Positions 11,533 to 24,249 of a stretch of 64,000 bases of DNA are shown piece after piece (positions within the stretch are counted from its first letter, which is position 1; each line of letters opens with the position of its first letter). The notes beneath the pieces are model-generated. The model searched no databases, was not told where the DNA came from, and worked only from the letters and a program-made list of their open reading frames with translations. A program made the position numbers and the translations under genes. The stretch covers positions 75,082,001-75,146,000 of the forward strand of contig NC_042998.1 in the NCBI RefSeq assembly GCF_006345805.1, in the 5' to 3' direction. The stretch is from Octopus sinensis (lineage: Eukaryota).

Positions 11533-13988
11533 GAGAGAAAGAGGGGGAGAGAATTATATACATAACAAGGATTCCAGGTATCAATACATTACGGCCGTTT
11601 CGAGCCACTCCCTATAATCAATCCATAAAAAACATTACATCAATTTGAAAGAAACTGGTCTCATCAGAGTACATGAGCATACAGATTACAAACATAAAGG
11701 ATAAACCATTTTTAACAAAACTTATATCAATACTGGAAACCAAAATAATGCTTACCTTGTTAAGCCTACTATAATTTAAAGAGTAGTAGACGAAAATGGT
11801 GGGGGTCAATATATAGGAGTAGTGAGATAGCTATTTATATTTAAAAGGTTTTATGCAGCATGTAATCTACAACCATTGGGAGCTGTCAACTTTGTTCTAG
11901 TTGATGGTGATAAATCAGTTAATGTAGCACAATCTCCCAGACCCTTATTTTACTGGAACCATATATCTAGCTTTATCTGCATGAAAGTATATGTCTCAGA
12001 GCTGCTAGTAAAAGAATGGCTGATGGGGAAGAGGTGATAACTAGAAGAAGGAAGGATAGGGGTGGTCAATACCTGTTTAGATTATCAAATAAAGGGGAAT
12101 ATAATGAAAAACAAAAGAGATAAGTAATATCAGCTCTAAGTTTAGGAATTAGAATTGACGCATATGGGATATAGTAATTCATAACTTAGGAAATTTATTA
12201 TATTAAATTTAGAAAAAAAATTTAAACCAATATATAGAAAAGGGATAGAAATTAAACTTAAAACCTAATAATGGGATATTTTATATATAAGAGAAAGCTA
12301 ACACCTTTGCCAAGCATATTGTTAAGGTAGTCATGATAAAACCTTTCCACAATAAATGTATAATTGAATTTAATTTCATCTGAGTTGGAGTACATAGAAT
12401 ATATTAAAGCAAAACAAGGATTATTATCCTCATTAAGGGTAGATAAGTATAAGATATCGAAAATATAGAATCGAATGTAAGAGGTAATTTGATTAGAGAT
12501 ATACTAAATGTATAATGGATTACATGCGGAAATAACAGCTAAACTGATATGGGTATGTAAATGCTTATTGAATATTACATAATTATAAAAATACTAAAGT
12601 AAAATAAAATAAGTATTTCTATATCTGGTAAACGTTTATTAAAAATCTTGTAAAAATTTATGAAATGATATAAGAATGTACAAAAATATTACATATATAT
12701 ATATATATATAAACTAATAAAATTTATAACGCATATGTAATTGTAAACACACACATACACACAAATATATATATATATATATACATATCAAGAGTTTATA
12801 AAATTTATAAAACCATGTGTAATTATAAATAGAAATATAATATTGTATTATATTATACAGTGAGGAATTATAAACCCCTCTACAATTTGTAGAAGCTACA
12901 CAAATATATATGAGGAGATATAGATATTTAAATATTTGAAAATATATGCTATAAAAAATTAAAAATTAAAAGCATAACATTTTTATGTATAAAAATTTTA
13001 TCAAAAAGATTTTATAATATATTGCATTGCGAATAATATGAAAGGTATATCAGGGATAAAAAAGAAAGAAAGATAAGTCAAGATATGTATATCAAATATT
13101 AATTAAATATACCTTTGGAAATGGGTTTATAAATATTTCTAAAATATGTCAGAGACACTGATTTATGTAGTACAATAACAGTTCCTAGGGGGTATAACTT
13201 ATACATAGGGGGGGGGGCGCAAGACTTAGCAATCTATTGCAAATTTATATATTATAACTGTAAAGGAAAAAAATCCCAATACCGAAGGGGAATATATGTA
13301 ATATAAATATTGCAGGAATGCAAATTAAAGTGGTTACAGTTTATTAGAGAGCAATACTGCATATATTTCTAGATAACAGAGGGTATGCTATGAATATATG
13401 ACACCCTGGATAACTCATGCAACGAAATCATAGTATAATGTGCTTATTATTATTTGCTTTTAAAGTATTTGAAGGTACCGTTAATCCTATGTAAACAAGA
13501 TGCTCTGAAGTCTGATTTATTATTAATTAGTTTTCGCTTATCACTATATTTAAATATTTCATAAATCTCCATACAACATAGTTCACATCAGTATCGGCTA
13601 CTTTTATATGGCTGAGCTCTATGGACTATATCCCATTTTAGGCCAAATTTACTATTACTGTCCTTGAGTGTCCAGATTTTCAAAGATAATAAGGTACTGT
13701 TGGATTTTGCCTTAGGTTAAAAAACGAAAAGTGGTTATTCAGTGGTTATTCAGGCATTTTTTTCAGAGCAGCCTATGTAAATGAAGTAAATGAATCTAGA
13801 CATCGTTAGTGAGGACTACTCGAACAGCGCATGATCGGCTAGTTCACTCGGCCAGCATGTATGTATTTACCATTGCTAATGCGTATACTAAAATTAATAT
13901 TAACAGCCAGGCGCTATGTGGTACCGTAAAGGAAAAATTCAATCGTCACTCTAAGTGTGAGTTAGGATTGCTAGAAATAAGAGCGACA

Positions 13989-14023
13989 ATACCCTTTATG
14001 TATCTATGTATACGTATATATAT

Positions 14024-14072
<49 letters not shown>

Positions 14073-14097
14073 GTATACATAGATACATAAAGGGTAT
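13989..14097. repeat. Perfect palindrome: about 26-bp unique arms around a (TA)n core
   Basis: ataccctttatgtatctatgtatacg-(TA)n-cgtatacatagatacataaagggtat. Confidence 0.9.
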
Positions 14098-14440
14098 ACG
14101 TGTATATATATATAGATATAGATATATATATGTGTGTGTGTGTGTGTGTGTATGAATATGTATAGGTACAAACACAAACACACTCTCAAATGAAATCATG
14201 TAAACAAGAAATGAATTTCGGAACGTAGAATAACGCGAAAAGAAATACGTTAATGTACCATAATATAATGAGTAATAGACGATTAACTTCAGAGTGTCAC
14301 ATTGCATACTCAACGTTAAGGAGCAGTCTCTCAAATTAAGAGTGCCACATTGCCCCTTATATGGTAACAGAATTATAACAGAGTACTACAATGCAAGTTT
14401 TGCGATACATGCAGAAGGCCGGATCACCACATTCAACCTA

Positions 14441-15726
14441 CGAGGGGCGTTCAATAAGTAATGCCCCTGACCCACTTCCCATTGCAGTAGAGCAACGAAA
14501 TTTGGTACAGTTATTAGTCCTTTTCTACATAGGAACCATCCAGAGTTACGCATTTCTGACATCGTTTGATGCAGATCTGGAGACCGTTTTCGTGAAGACC
14601 CCAGCTTGGTCCTCCAATCACGACGTGACTTCAGAAATCAAGGCTGCATCATCTGGGATACGCTTTCCTTTCAAAAACAGCTTCATGGCTGGGAAGAGGT
14701 GAAAATCAGAGGGTGCAAGGTCAGGAGAGTAGGGGGAAGGGGGGGAGTTCATAGCCGCACGCCTGTGCTTCTATCTGCCGACACGCGAGTTGTGGACCAG
14801 AGCGTTGTCCTGCAAGAGGAGGATGCCTTTGCTGATCTTGCCCCGCCTCTTGATTTTGATAACTTCTCTTAATTTCCTCAAAAGTGAAGCATAATAGGCT
14901 CCTGTAATTGTGGTACCCTTTGCCAGGAAATCTGTCAAATCTACACCGTCCTGGTCCCAGAAGACTGTGAGCATGACCTTGCAAGCGGAGGGATGCACCC
15001 TTGCCTTCTTTGGAGGAGGTGAGTCACGGTGCTTCCACTGCGTTGACTGGGCTTTGGTCTCTGTATCATAGTGATTGATCCAGGTTTCATCCTGAGTAAT
15101 CAGCCTTTTGAAAAATTTTGACTCATCTTCTCGGCACATCTCCAAATTCAACCTCGAGCACTCGACGCGTTCTTGTTTCTGGAAAGGTGTGAGCAACCTG
15201 GGAATCCATCTGGCAGACACCTTTGCTTATGCAAATGGTCACGAATGACAGTTTCCACAGACTCGGTACTAATCTTGACCTCATGGGTTATTTGGCGTAT
15301 AGTTATGCGTCGATCTTCCAAAATGGCAGCCTCAACTTGACGGACAGATGCCTCAACCATGGCAGAAGGGGGTGACCAAATCTGTGAGCTGTTTCCACCG
15401 AGTTTCGACCATGTTTGAATTCACGATGCCAGCGTTTTACAAGGTCATATGATGGGGCATCATCACCATAAGTTACTTTCATTTCATCAAAAGTCTCCCG
15501 TGGTGTGCGTCCTTTCAAATACAAAAAACGGTCACTGCTCGACACTCAACAGGCTCCATTTCACACTTGACTCAGTTCAAACAACTGTAAATCAGAAACC
15601 ACAATCATTTCAGAGCTGTAATTTGTCACTTGATCTGTATAGGTATGAATATTTGCACATGCAAAATTGCAGCTAGATCAAACAACTGCAAGTAGGTCAG
15701 AGGCATTACTTATTGAACGTCCCTCG
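14441..15726 (-). mobile_element. Full-length mariner transposon, copy 2 (inverted relative to copy 1)
   Basis: TA(14439-40)+cgaggggcgttcaataagtaatgcccctgacccactt ... ggcattacttattgaacgtccctcg+TA(15727-28). Confidence 0.95.
14514..15559 (-). pseudogene. Mariner transposase pseudogene, copy 2
   Basis: Same protein as copy 1 (SARWIPRLL..ITQDETW..QDNAL); several frameshifts. Confidence 0.93.
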
Positions 15727-16282
15727 TATGAATATAATAACATTTGACCCCATGCAGTAACTTGAGTATGAAGAAATACCGTATTGTTATATCTACAATA
15801 AATACAATTTGGTACATTGCCACACTATAAGAAATTTGCTCACTCTTTACGAAATTTGCTGCATATCTGACTGTTCACGCTGATTTCTGCAATATGCATA
15901 CGTAATGCTTGAAAATGTTGCATGTCATTCTGAAACATTGCATATTTTACGATATATATTGTATAACGTCACTGCTCTTCAATATACCCCCGATTTGATA
16001 ATGTTATGTTGCTTAAGTTTCACATTGTATACACACGATATAAGCAGAATGATAGTGACGCATTGATCCTTATGCAACAAACTTTGCATACCAGATTACC
16101 ACACTAGAAACTGCAGAACCAAATACGTACAATAAAATCATTTATTTCTTTTTCTTTTTACTTAGTTATACCATCTAGTAAACTCTAAACACGTTGCAGT
16201 ACGACTAACAGGGCTAATAATATATCCTTTATTTTGTATTTACCGAATAAGGAAGTTTGATGCCACTCATCAAATATATGTC

Positions 16283-16329
<47 letters not shown>

Positions 16330-16630
16330 CAGGAGCTTACACAGTAGGTGCTCACAAAGTTATATTGTAAAGTATTATTTTAAAAGTGAACATTTATTTC
16401 ACTTCTGAAAACGGATTACTTAATCAATTGCAAGAGAAAAATAAAATAAACGTGGGTTGATTAAAGAGAATTGGAACTGACAGGAATATTAAATATTGTA
16501 GATATAAGAGGAGTGAAAGTATTAATATGGCAAACAATCTATGCTTTTGAAATGGCATGCATTAAATCATGAAAATGAATTATTGATATTTTATAAAAGT
16601 TTGATAGAAGAGTTGTATTAACGAAAAGTA

Positions 16631-16673
<43 letters not shown>

Positions 16674-16698
16674 CGCGTGTGTATATCTATATATGTAC

Positions 16699-16754
<56 letters not shown>

Positions 16755-18164
16755 CTTCAAATATGATTGTGTTGTTCGCATGGTTCACAATCATAAGTAA
16801 TGCACATGTATGTGTATTAAATCTAATTGTGGGAACATGTGTATTCACAAAAGTGTATATTCACTGCATTGTTGTATGAACTTGTATGCATTTATGCACA
16901 TCTATGTAATGAATTTTATCAATGCACACTCCACCCTTCACACGAGCACTCACACGCACGTGCAAAAATAGATAATTATATGGATGTGAACATATGTGCG
17001 TGTATGCGTGTAATTGTAAACCCTTTAGTATAAATAAAAGAAAGAAGAAAGAGAAGTCGAACAAGGCAGTAGAAAGATATAATTTATTGGAAGCTGGTAC
17101 TTTACAAATAGTTATTGCGATTTTTTTATAGCCAATTTCTAAATGGTCGTTAGGAATTGAACAAGGAAACTGGAATAAATAAACACACCTTATTCATGCA
17201 TACTTTACATAAGCATACAGGAATTGTTTATTCCTTTAATGTAAACACATTTTGATTAAACGTAAACACGTATTTTAAAATAATAATAGGGTCTACTCTG
17301 AGTTTGTTTATGTGTATATTTGTCAGGATATAAATAGGTCTGGATCTAAGTAATGAGTTAGAATAAACAAATGAAAAATACCTGAACAATAAAAATAAAC
17401 TAAATGTATAAATATAACTTACGTTTTTGTTGTTTTGTATAGGTCCCTAGCGAAGTCGGTCTTTACACGCTTTGGAAGATTTCAGTGGCATCAATTTAAC
17501 TCCAGAGCAATCCATCTTCCTTAGAACTCCATGTCTATAATATTTTTATCTTTCTATCTATGTTTTCTTCAATCTTGAACTATCTCCGAATTAATATTGA
17601 CTCTACACGGTTCTACTTCGGAAAAGCCTCACAGTGGTTTTTTACCCCGTGAGAAATATCAGTCAAATACCCATAAATCGCATACTATTGTACAATTGTC
17701 TTAAAAAGAGATGGACACATCTCGTGCTACATATGCAAAATATTATGCTTGTAATGAACAGAAGCACTCTTGCCAAAGTTCTGCAGAGTAACAGCTAATA
17801 TTCGGCTAAAATCACCTACGCACTGTCATACTGGTTGATGCTAACATTTTCATAATGCTGAATAAGAAAGGAAATATAATGTAGAAATTCTACATTAGAC
17901 ATATAAGCATTTGATCGAATGGACATGCTATATAAATAGGAAACACAAGGAATAACTATTTTTCACTTTCAGGGTGGACTTGGCAAATTTTAGAATATTT
18001 AAATGAAGTTGTACAAGATACCAAAACTATGGTATGATTGGTGCAGAATTGTAGTAGAAGTTACATAAAATTAGAGAGAACATATACATAAGCATGCATA
18101 TAGAAATATACACACACTTACATGCGTGTGTGCGTGTAGAAACACACACACACACACATATATA

Positions 18165-18720
18165 TAATATATAAATATATGCATATATACATACATGTAT
18201 GTATATACCTACATATATCTGTATATACACATGCATATATGGGTACATCAAAAAGCCATTGAACACAATGAGAAACGAAAACATAAAAACAAAAACATAG
18301 AAACGAAATATTTTTCGAACAAGGAAAAAAACAGAGAAACGGTCTCACTGTCCTGTTCTTGTTACCACTGTCATCCTCCGCAAAAGATCCCAAATTTTAT
18401 TTAATTTGCTTTGCGGGAAGGACTGTTTCAACTAAGTCGTGTATTGTCCTTGCCTTCGTAATACGGAGTAGTTGAAACAGGGGCAACTGATGACTAGAAA
18501 TATTCTTTATGTTGCATGTCTCGTTTTTCTGTTTCCTTTTTTCGTTGTTCGAAAAAAATTCGTATCTATGTTTTTGTTATTAAGTTTTTGCTTTTATGTT
18601 TCTATTTCTCATTGTGTTCAAGTTTTTTTTTATGTCCTGTACCCATATATGCATGTATATATACATATAAATGTAGGTATGTACATATATGTATGTATAT
18701 ATGCATCTATTTAGATATTA
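18165..18720. repeat. Diverged inverted repeat, arms about 18165-18343 and 18518-18720
   Basis: taatat..atgcatatatacatacat..tacctacat..catgcatatatgggtaca..ttgaacacaatgagaaa..ttttcgaacaa..ggaaa is mirrored in reverse complement; roughly 80% identity by eye. Confidence 0.8.
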
Positions 18721-18782
18721 CTTATCTTATTATATGGTCGAACGCCACGCATCCTTTTCCAAGTAAGTTTTATCTATATATT

Positions 18783-18868
<86 letters not shown>

Positions 18869-18956
18869 ATATATATATATTAGAAAAATATATATACGAA
18901 TTGCCAATGGGGTTACCACGCGTTTCACATCTATAAAGCGCTTAGCTTTATGGCAT

Positions 18957-19008
<52 letters not shown>

Positions 19009-19275
19009 TTCACCAACAATTTAGATTCAAATGAATATGGCACTTGATTTAGATGCACCAGAAATTTTGATGGTGTTACCTATAAAAATATGCGGGGTGA
19101 TTATAAGCAAAACTAAGCAACAAGAATGAATCCGGTAATTTTTTACAATTGTTTCATACTACAACATTTTATTAAAAGCTGTAAATATTACAGCAGATTT
19201 AAGATGCCGAGTTCTCAAAATACTTAATAACATCTTAGGGAAGGTAAATATACAGATAAAGCTGTAGATATGAAT

Positions 19276-19785
19276 CTTAGGAACACGAGGTAGTGTAGTT
19301 TGGATGCCAACTGACCAAAATCTTGTTTACAACTGACTGTCGTAAGAAAATTTCTTATAACTAAAGAAATTTTCTTACAACAGTTTTCTTTTCTTCAACT
19401 AACTTGTAAGGGCAGGTCAAGAATTCAAGTTAGTTGAAGAAAAGAAGAGGAAAATTCAGGAGATGTAAAATAAGAACAGATTGTCACTAGAACAAAGGGT
19501 CAATTTATTTATGTGGTGACAAAAAATTTAGGTCAATGTAGAAAGATCAATAAATTCTTAGGAACATATGAGGTAGTAGGTCAGCTACTAACTGACCAAA
19601 CCTTACTTTCAACTGAAAGCCATCAGAATTTTTAGTAGAAATTTAGGTAAGGGGATGTGAAAGAATACTGTAAATGAGGTTTAAGTTTGTTGCAGAAAAA
19701 ATACATGAAGAGAACAGAAAGCTATTTATTTTTATGTGGTGAGAAAAAATCTAGGTCAATGTCCAGAGGTCAATTAAATTCTTTT
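19276..19785. repeat. Imperfect tandem duplication (offsets about 280 and 222 bp) containing two perfect hairpins
   Basis: cttaggaaca..gaggtagt..aactgaccaaa at 19276 and 19557; tttatgtggtga.aaaaaat.taggtcaatgt..atcaat.aaattctt at about 19505 and 19730; hairpins at 19342-19378 and 19386-19446. Confidence 0.7.
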
Positions 19786-19944
19786 ACAAAGGGTAGGGGA
19801 ACAAAACCTCATCTAATTTATAGAAGGTATCGTATTTTATAACTGGGGGAATGGTATTAAATGTTAAAATTAGAATAGATTTGGGGAAAGAGGCAATTTC
19901 AAGATTATAGTGAGGTTAATCTAGTTGACTATAAAAGTAAAATT

Positions 19945-20612
19945 AATTATTATTCTAGTATATCCCCCATTCTACTAAAATCGCTTATTTTTGCTATGAA
20001 TCGCTCTCTTATATCTAAAGAAGAAATTGACATAATCCTATTAGCTAGAAAAACTATCATTGAATTTGAAGGGAAATTATGAACTAGGGCGGATATCCCT
20101 AATAATTTTGATATACCTATGGGCTCTAGTGATTCAGCTGAGATAACGAATCTAGTAGGGGCATACTTATTAAAATGCATAAATAGGGATATCCCTGAGT
20201 TACAAGGTGGTCTATATAGGGATGATACTTTGTTCGTTGTACCTAGCAATAGTAGATCAAGTATTGAAAGGATTAAAATGAAAATCAATAAATTCTTTAA
20301 AGAATTTAACCTAAGCATTACTTACGAACCTGGCACTAATTAGTTAATTTCCTAGATGTTACCTTAAACCTAAATTCAAAGCTACATTATCCATTTAGAA
20401 AAGAAGGCGAAATCACTAGATATGTAAATAAGTCATCTAATCATCCCCCAAATATAATAAAATCATTAGTTAAAAATATTTCCCTAAGAATTTCTAAATT
20501 GTCATCTAATAGTGATAGATTTAACTCTCACTCTAACCATTACAATACTGCATTATCCAAAGCGGGATATGATCCAGAAATTACCTTTCTCGATCCTGCC
20601 AAGCTTATTGTT
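19945..20612 (+). pseudogene. Penelope-like element reverse transcriptase fragment
   Basis: NYYSSISP..ISKEEIDIILLARK..FDIPMGSSDSAEITNLVGAYLL..GLYRDD..VNFLDVTLNL..YVNKSSNHP..RISKLSS..LSKAGY: PLE-type RT motifs with YRDD; stops and frameshifts. Confidence 0.9.
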
Positions 20613-21015
20613 TAAAACATGATTATGTTCTCCCTGTCAACGACCTTACTATTACTGGTACTTTAAACTCATCGGTTGTATATTTGTATGAATAAAATGT
20701 TTTTTTCTTTAGAATGGAAAAAAAGTCTATCTTTATTTTTTCTTTTGCTGGTGTCTCAAATTTAGGTTATATCAGTGTTTCCCAAAGGGGAGGCCAATGG
20801 GACGGTCGGACAAGTTGTTTTGAGAAAGTTTGGTATGAATGTTTGACAACTCAGCACCGAGTAAAAGAATAAAAGAATGAAAAGAATATGTTTGTGTTGT
20901 GTGAGTGTGTGTCTATGTGTGTGGCGTGTGTGTGTGTGAGTATGTGTGTGTGTGCGAATGTGTGTGTGCGTGAGTGTGTGTGTGTGTGTGTGTGTGGATG
21001 GGGGCTTTGATATAC

Positions 21016-21164
21016 GCGCAGGCATGGCTGTGTGGCAAGATGTTTGCTTCAAACACCCGTATTTAGTCCTACTGCGTGACACCTTGTTGTAAATGTCTTC
21101 TACTATAGTCCTGGGGTGACCAAATCCTTGTGAATGGATTTGGTAGACGAGAAAGAAGCACGTC
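21016..21164 (+). mobile_element. tRNA-derived SINE, family B head
   Basis: gcgcaggcatggctgtgtggcaag..actgcgtgacaccttg..tgtcttctactatag..gaccaaatccttgtgaatggatttggtagacg; homologous to 22775-22925. Confidence 0.8.
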
Positions 21165-21194
21165 ATTCCTGTGTGCGTGTGTGTGTGTGAATGT

Positions 21195-21498
21195 GGGGGC
21201 GCAATGACCCAGTGGTTAGGGCAGTGGACTCGCGGACGTAGGATCGCAGTTTCGATTCCTAGACCGGGCCTTGTGAGTGTTTATTGAGCGAAAACACTTA
21301 AAGCTCCCCGAGGCTCCGGCAGGGGGGGGGTGGCCATCTCTGCCGAAGTCTTTCGCCACAAATTTCTCTCACTCTTTCTTTTGTTGGCCTGCTCGCTTAG
21401 CCAGTATGGTGGCGTCACTTGATGGCTAAAACAATCACAAGCGCATTGTGACCAGCGATGTGAGCAACATCTGATAGCGTGGTCGGTCACATCGTGGT

Positions 21499-21505
<7 letters not shown>
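21195..21505 (+). mobile_element. tRNA-derived SINE, family C (head gggggcgcaatgacccagtggttagggcagtggactcg), body variant 1
   Basis: A-box-like tggttagggc and B-box-like gtttcgattcc; head shared with the 25112-25455 copy. Confidence 0.85.
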
Positions 21506-21542
<37 letters not shown>

Positions 21543-22529
21543 GAATGACACATGCAGAACACTTCATATAAGAGAAAACATCACTCACTTTTACTGTAAC
21601 GAAGAGCTTTGTTTCACCGATCGTCACAGTCAAAGGCAGTCTTATTATAATCTGCACGCTTGGGTCGAACTCGAAATACGTAGTTGTAAATTGAGCGTCA
21701 CAGACAGACATTCATACCTTGTGCCGAATTAAAAACAACGCTCGCTTTTCCTCATTTGATTAATTTATTGATTAAGTATTGATTCCTAGATAATCTGTTT
21801 TCTTTCATATGAATATTCATAACATATTTAATGCATTAGCTGGTTTATATTAGTTTGAAACCGAATAAGGAGTTTACTGTTGCCGTCATTCGCTACGAAG
21901 GAAATACTTTATGAAGGAATTTACTGAAAATGCAATTAATTATATAACTTGTTTATGGTAGTTTAAAATACATATGCAACAAAAGCGTTGTATTTTGAGG
22001 AACAGATAATTAATAACAATATAAATAGATAGCAAAATTAAATTTTTGATGAAAGTATGAGAAAAGACTGGAATTAGTTAAATGAAACTTCAAACATTTG
22101 TCGTAAAATTTTGCCATTTATTTTATATGAAATAAACGTATTACTTTCTAATTTACGTGAGAAAAATATTAAGTGAAAACAACGAATTCCAGAAAATGAA
22201 AAATATAGATTAATTGCAAATATTATGGAAAATAAGTCAGAAGATTATAAACATTAGGTAAGCTATAGACTGGAATAATATTTATAAATATACAGATAGT
22301 TTTATATATTTCAAAATACTTTGCAAAGATAGACAGTCGTGAAAAGAGAGAACTATAGATCATTACCATCTAAAGAATCTTTTCATTGCAAAAGTTTGTA
22401 TGGTATTTCAATACTTTAAAAATAACATATATTTCTTCTAAATTATTCACAGCATCATACGCATAGAAAACACACACCAAATGCCAGCGTCCTATATCAT
22501 CTTCGTAACCGAAATGTGTCTTTATATAT

Positions 22530-22925
22530 ATATTCTTTTACTTGTTTCAGTCGTTTGACTGCGGCCATGCTGGAGCACCGCTTTTAGTCGAACAAATCGA
22601 CCTCAGGACTTATTCTTTGTAAGCCTAGTACATATTCTATCGCTCCCTTTTGCCGATCCGCTATGTTACGGAGACGTAAAAGACGAGAATCGGTTGTCAA
22701 GCGATGTTGAGGGAACAAACACAGATACACAAACACATACATTCACATACACATACATGTATATACATATATACGATGGGCTTCTTTCAGTTTCCGTCTA
22801 TCAGATCCACTCACAAGGCTTGGTCGGCCCGAGGCTATTGTAGAAGGCACGTGCCCAAGGTGCCACGCAGTGGGACTGGACCCGGAACCATGTGGTTGAT
22901 AAGCAAGCTACTTACCACACAGCCA
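22530..22925 (-). mobile_element. Apparently full-length family B SINE (about 395 bp)
   Basis: Minus strand: tggctgtgtggtaagtagcttgcttatcaaccacatggttccgggtccagtcccactgcgtggcacc..central CA/TA repeat..gcggtgctccagcatggccgcagtcaaacgactgaaacaagtaaaagaata tail. Confidence 0.85.
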
Positions 22926-22951
22926 TATGTAATATATATATATATATATAT

Positions 22952-23017
<66 letters not shown>

Positions 23018-23019
<2 letters not shown>

Positions 23020-23236
23020 AGCACTCCGTCGGAGAGGACGACGAGGGTCCCAACAGATAAGATCAACGGAACAGGTAGCTCATGAAATTAACGTGCAAGT
23101 GGCTGATCACTCCACTCCCCAGCTGAATGAACTGAAGCAACGCGAAATAAAGTTTCTTGCTCAACGACAAGGCGTTGCCTGGAATTGAACTCACGATCTA
23201 GAGTCGAATGCCCTAACCTCTAACGCACGCACCTTC

Positions 23237-23238
<2 letters not shown>
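23018..23238 (-). mobile_element. SINE with family D head and a tail shared with the family C copy at 25112
   Basis: Head gaaggtgcgtgcgttagaggttagggcattcg..gtgagttcaattccagg..ttgagcaagaaactttatttc; tail gtggagtgatcagccacttgcacgttaatttcatgag..ctgttccgttgatc. Confidence 0.7.
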
Positions 23239-23274
<36 letters not shown>

Positions 23275-23554
23275 AAGAAATTAAAAAGGAAAATACGCAC
23301 ACTTTACATAGTTTTAATATAATTTTTAATATATCGACCGGTTTCTCTATCGCTATTCCTGATATTATGTTTTACTTAATTTGAATACGTATTTTCTTAA
23401 GAAGAAATGTTGTCCATGTTGTGTGTGATGAGATTTACGAGTGAATGACTTCACAAGTAGAATAATAAGGGAGGTAATTGGTTAGTATTGTTATTGTTAT
23501 GGGTAAGGGAGATAACTGTTTAGCTTTCGGTAATGGGAGGGGAATATATATATA

Positions 23555-23608
<54 letters not shown>

Positions 23609-23619
23609 GGACAAAAACA

Positions 23620-23880
23620 GATTTCGAAAATCTTGTTTAGTGAGAGGATTTATGTAATCGTATTTTTCAATTAAAAAGTTCCTGTATTTAAACGTTCTTG
23701 TGAGAGATTGTGTTTTGTATTGGTAGAAGCAGAAGACTGGGAAATTCGGCTTGATGTTATCTGCACATTTTTCTATATGTTCACTGATAGGAATTTGCCT
23801 GTTTTGCGGGAAAAGGGTTTGCTCTTTATGTACAGTGGTTGTCTTTCTCAAGGTCATACTCGTCTGTCAAATATTGTTGT
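23620..23880 (-). pseudogene. Penelope-like GIY-YIG endonuclease fragment (second half)
   Basis: Frameshifted Q-Y-(I-G)-[46 protein letters not shown]; a relic GAAACCGGTC hammerhead 3' half lies downstream at 23336-23345. Confidence 0.65.
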
Positions 23881-24020
23881 GTCCGCAACCCGCCAACTAA
23901 ATCCACTCACAAGGCTTTGGTAGACTTTGGTAGGTGCGAGGCTATAGTAGAAGACACTCGCCCAATCTGCCACACAGTGGGACTGAACGCAGTAACGTGG
24001 TTAGTAAGCAAGCTTGCACC
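23880..24020 (-). mobile_element. Family B SINE head
   Basis: ccactcacaaggctttggt..gaggctatagtagaagacac..gccacacagtgggactgaac..tggttagtaagcaagct, as at 22775-22925. Confidence 0.8.
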
Positions 24021-24033
24021 TATATATATATAT

Positions 24034-24102
<69 letters not shown>

Positions 24103-24151
24103 CACCTATATATAATATATATATATATATTATATATACATATATATACAT

Positions 24152-24249
<98 letters not shown>

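Noticed and set aside
20774-20800. cagtgtttcccaaa, resembling a hAT/Charlie TIR
   Set aside because: No matching opposite TIR or 8-bp target duplication found.
21195-21275. tRNA-like sequences with A and B boxes (also at 25380-25455 and 53063-53135)
   Set aside because: They are SINE heads continuing into repeat bodies; no complete cloverleaf, so not called as tRNA genes.
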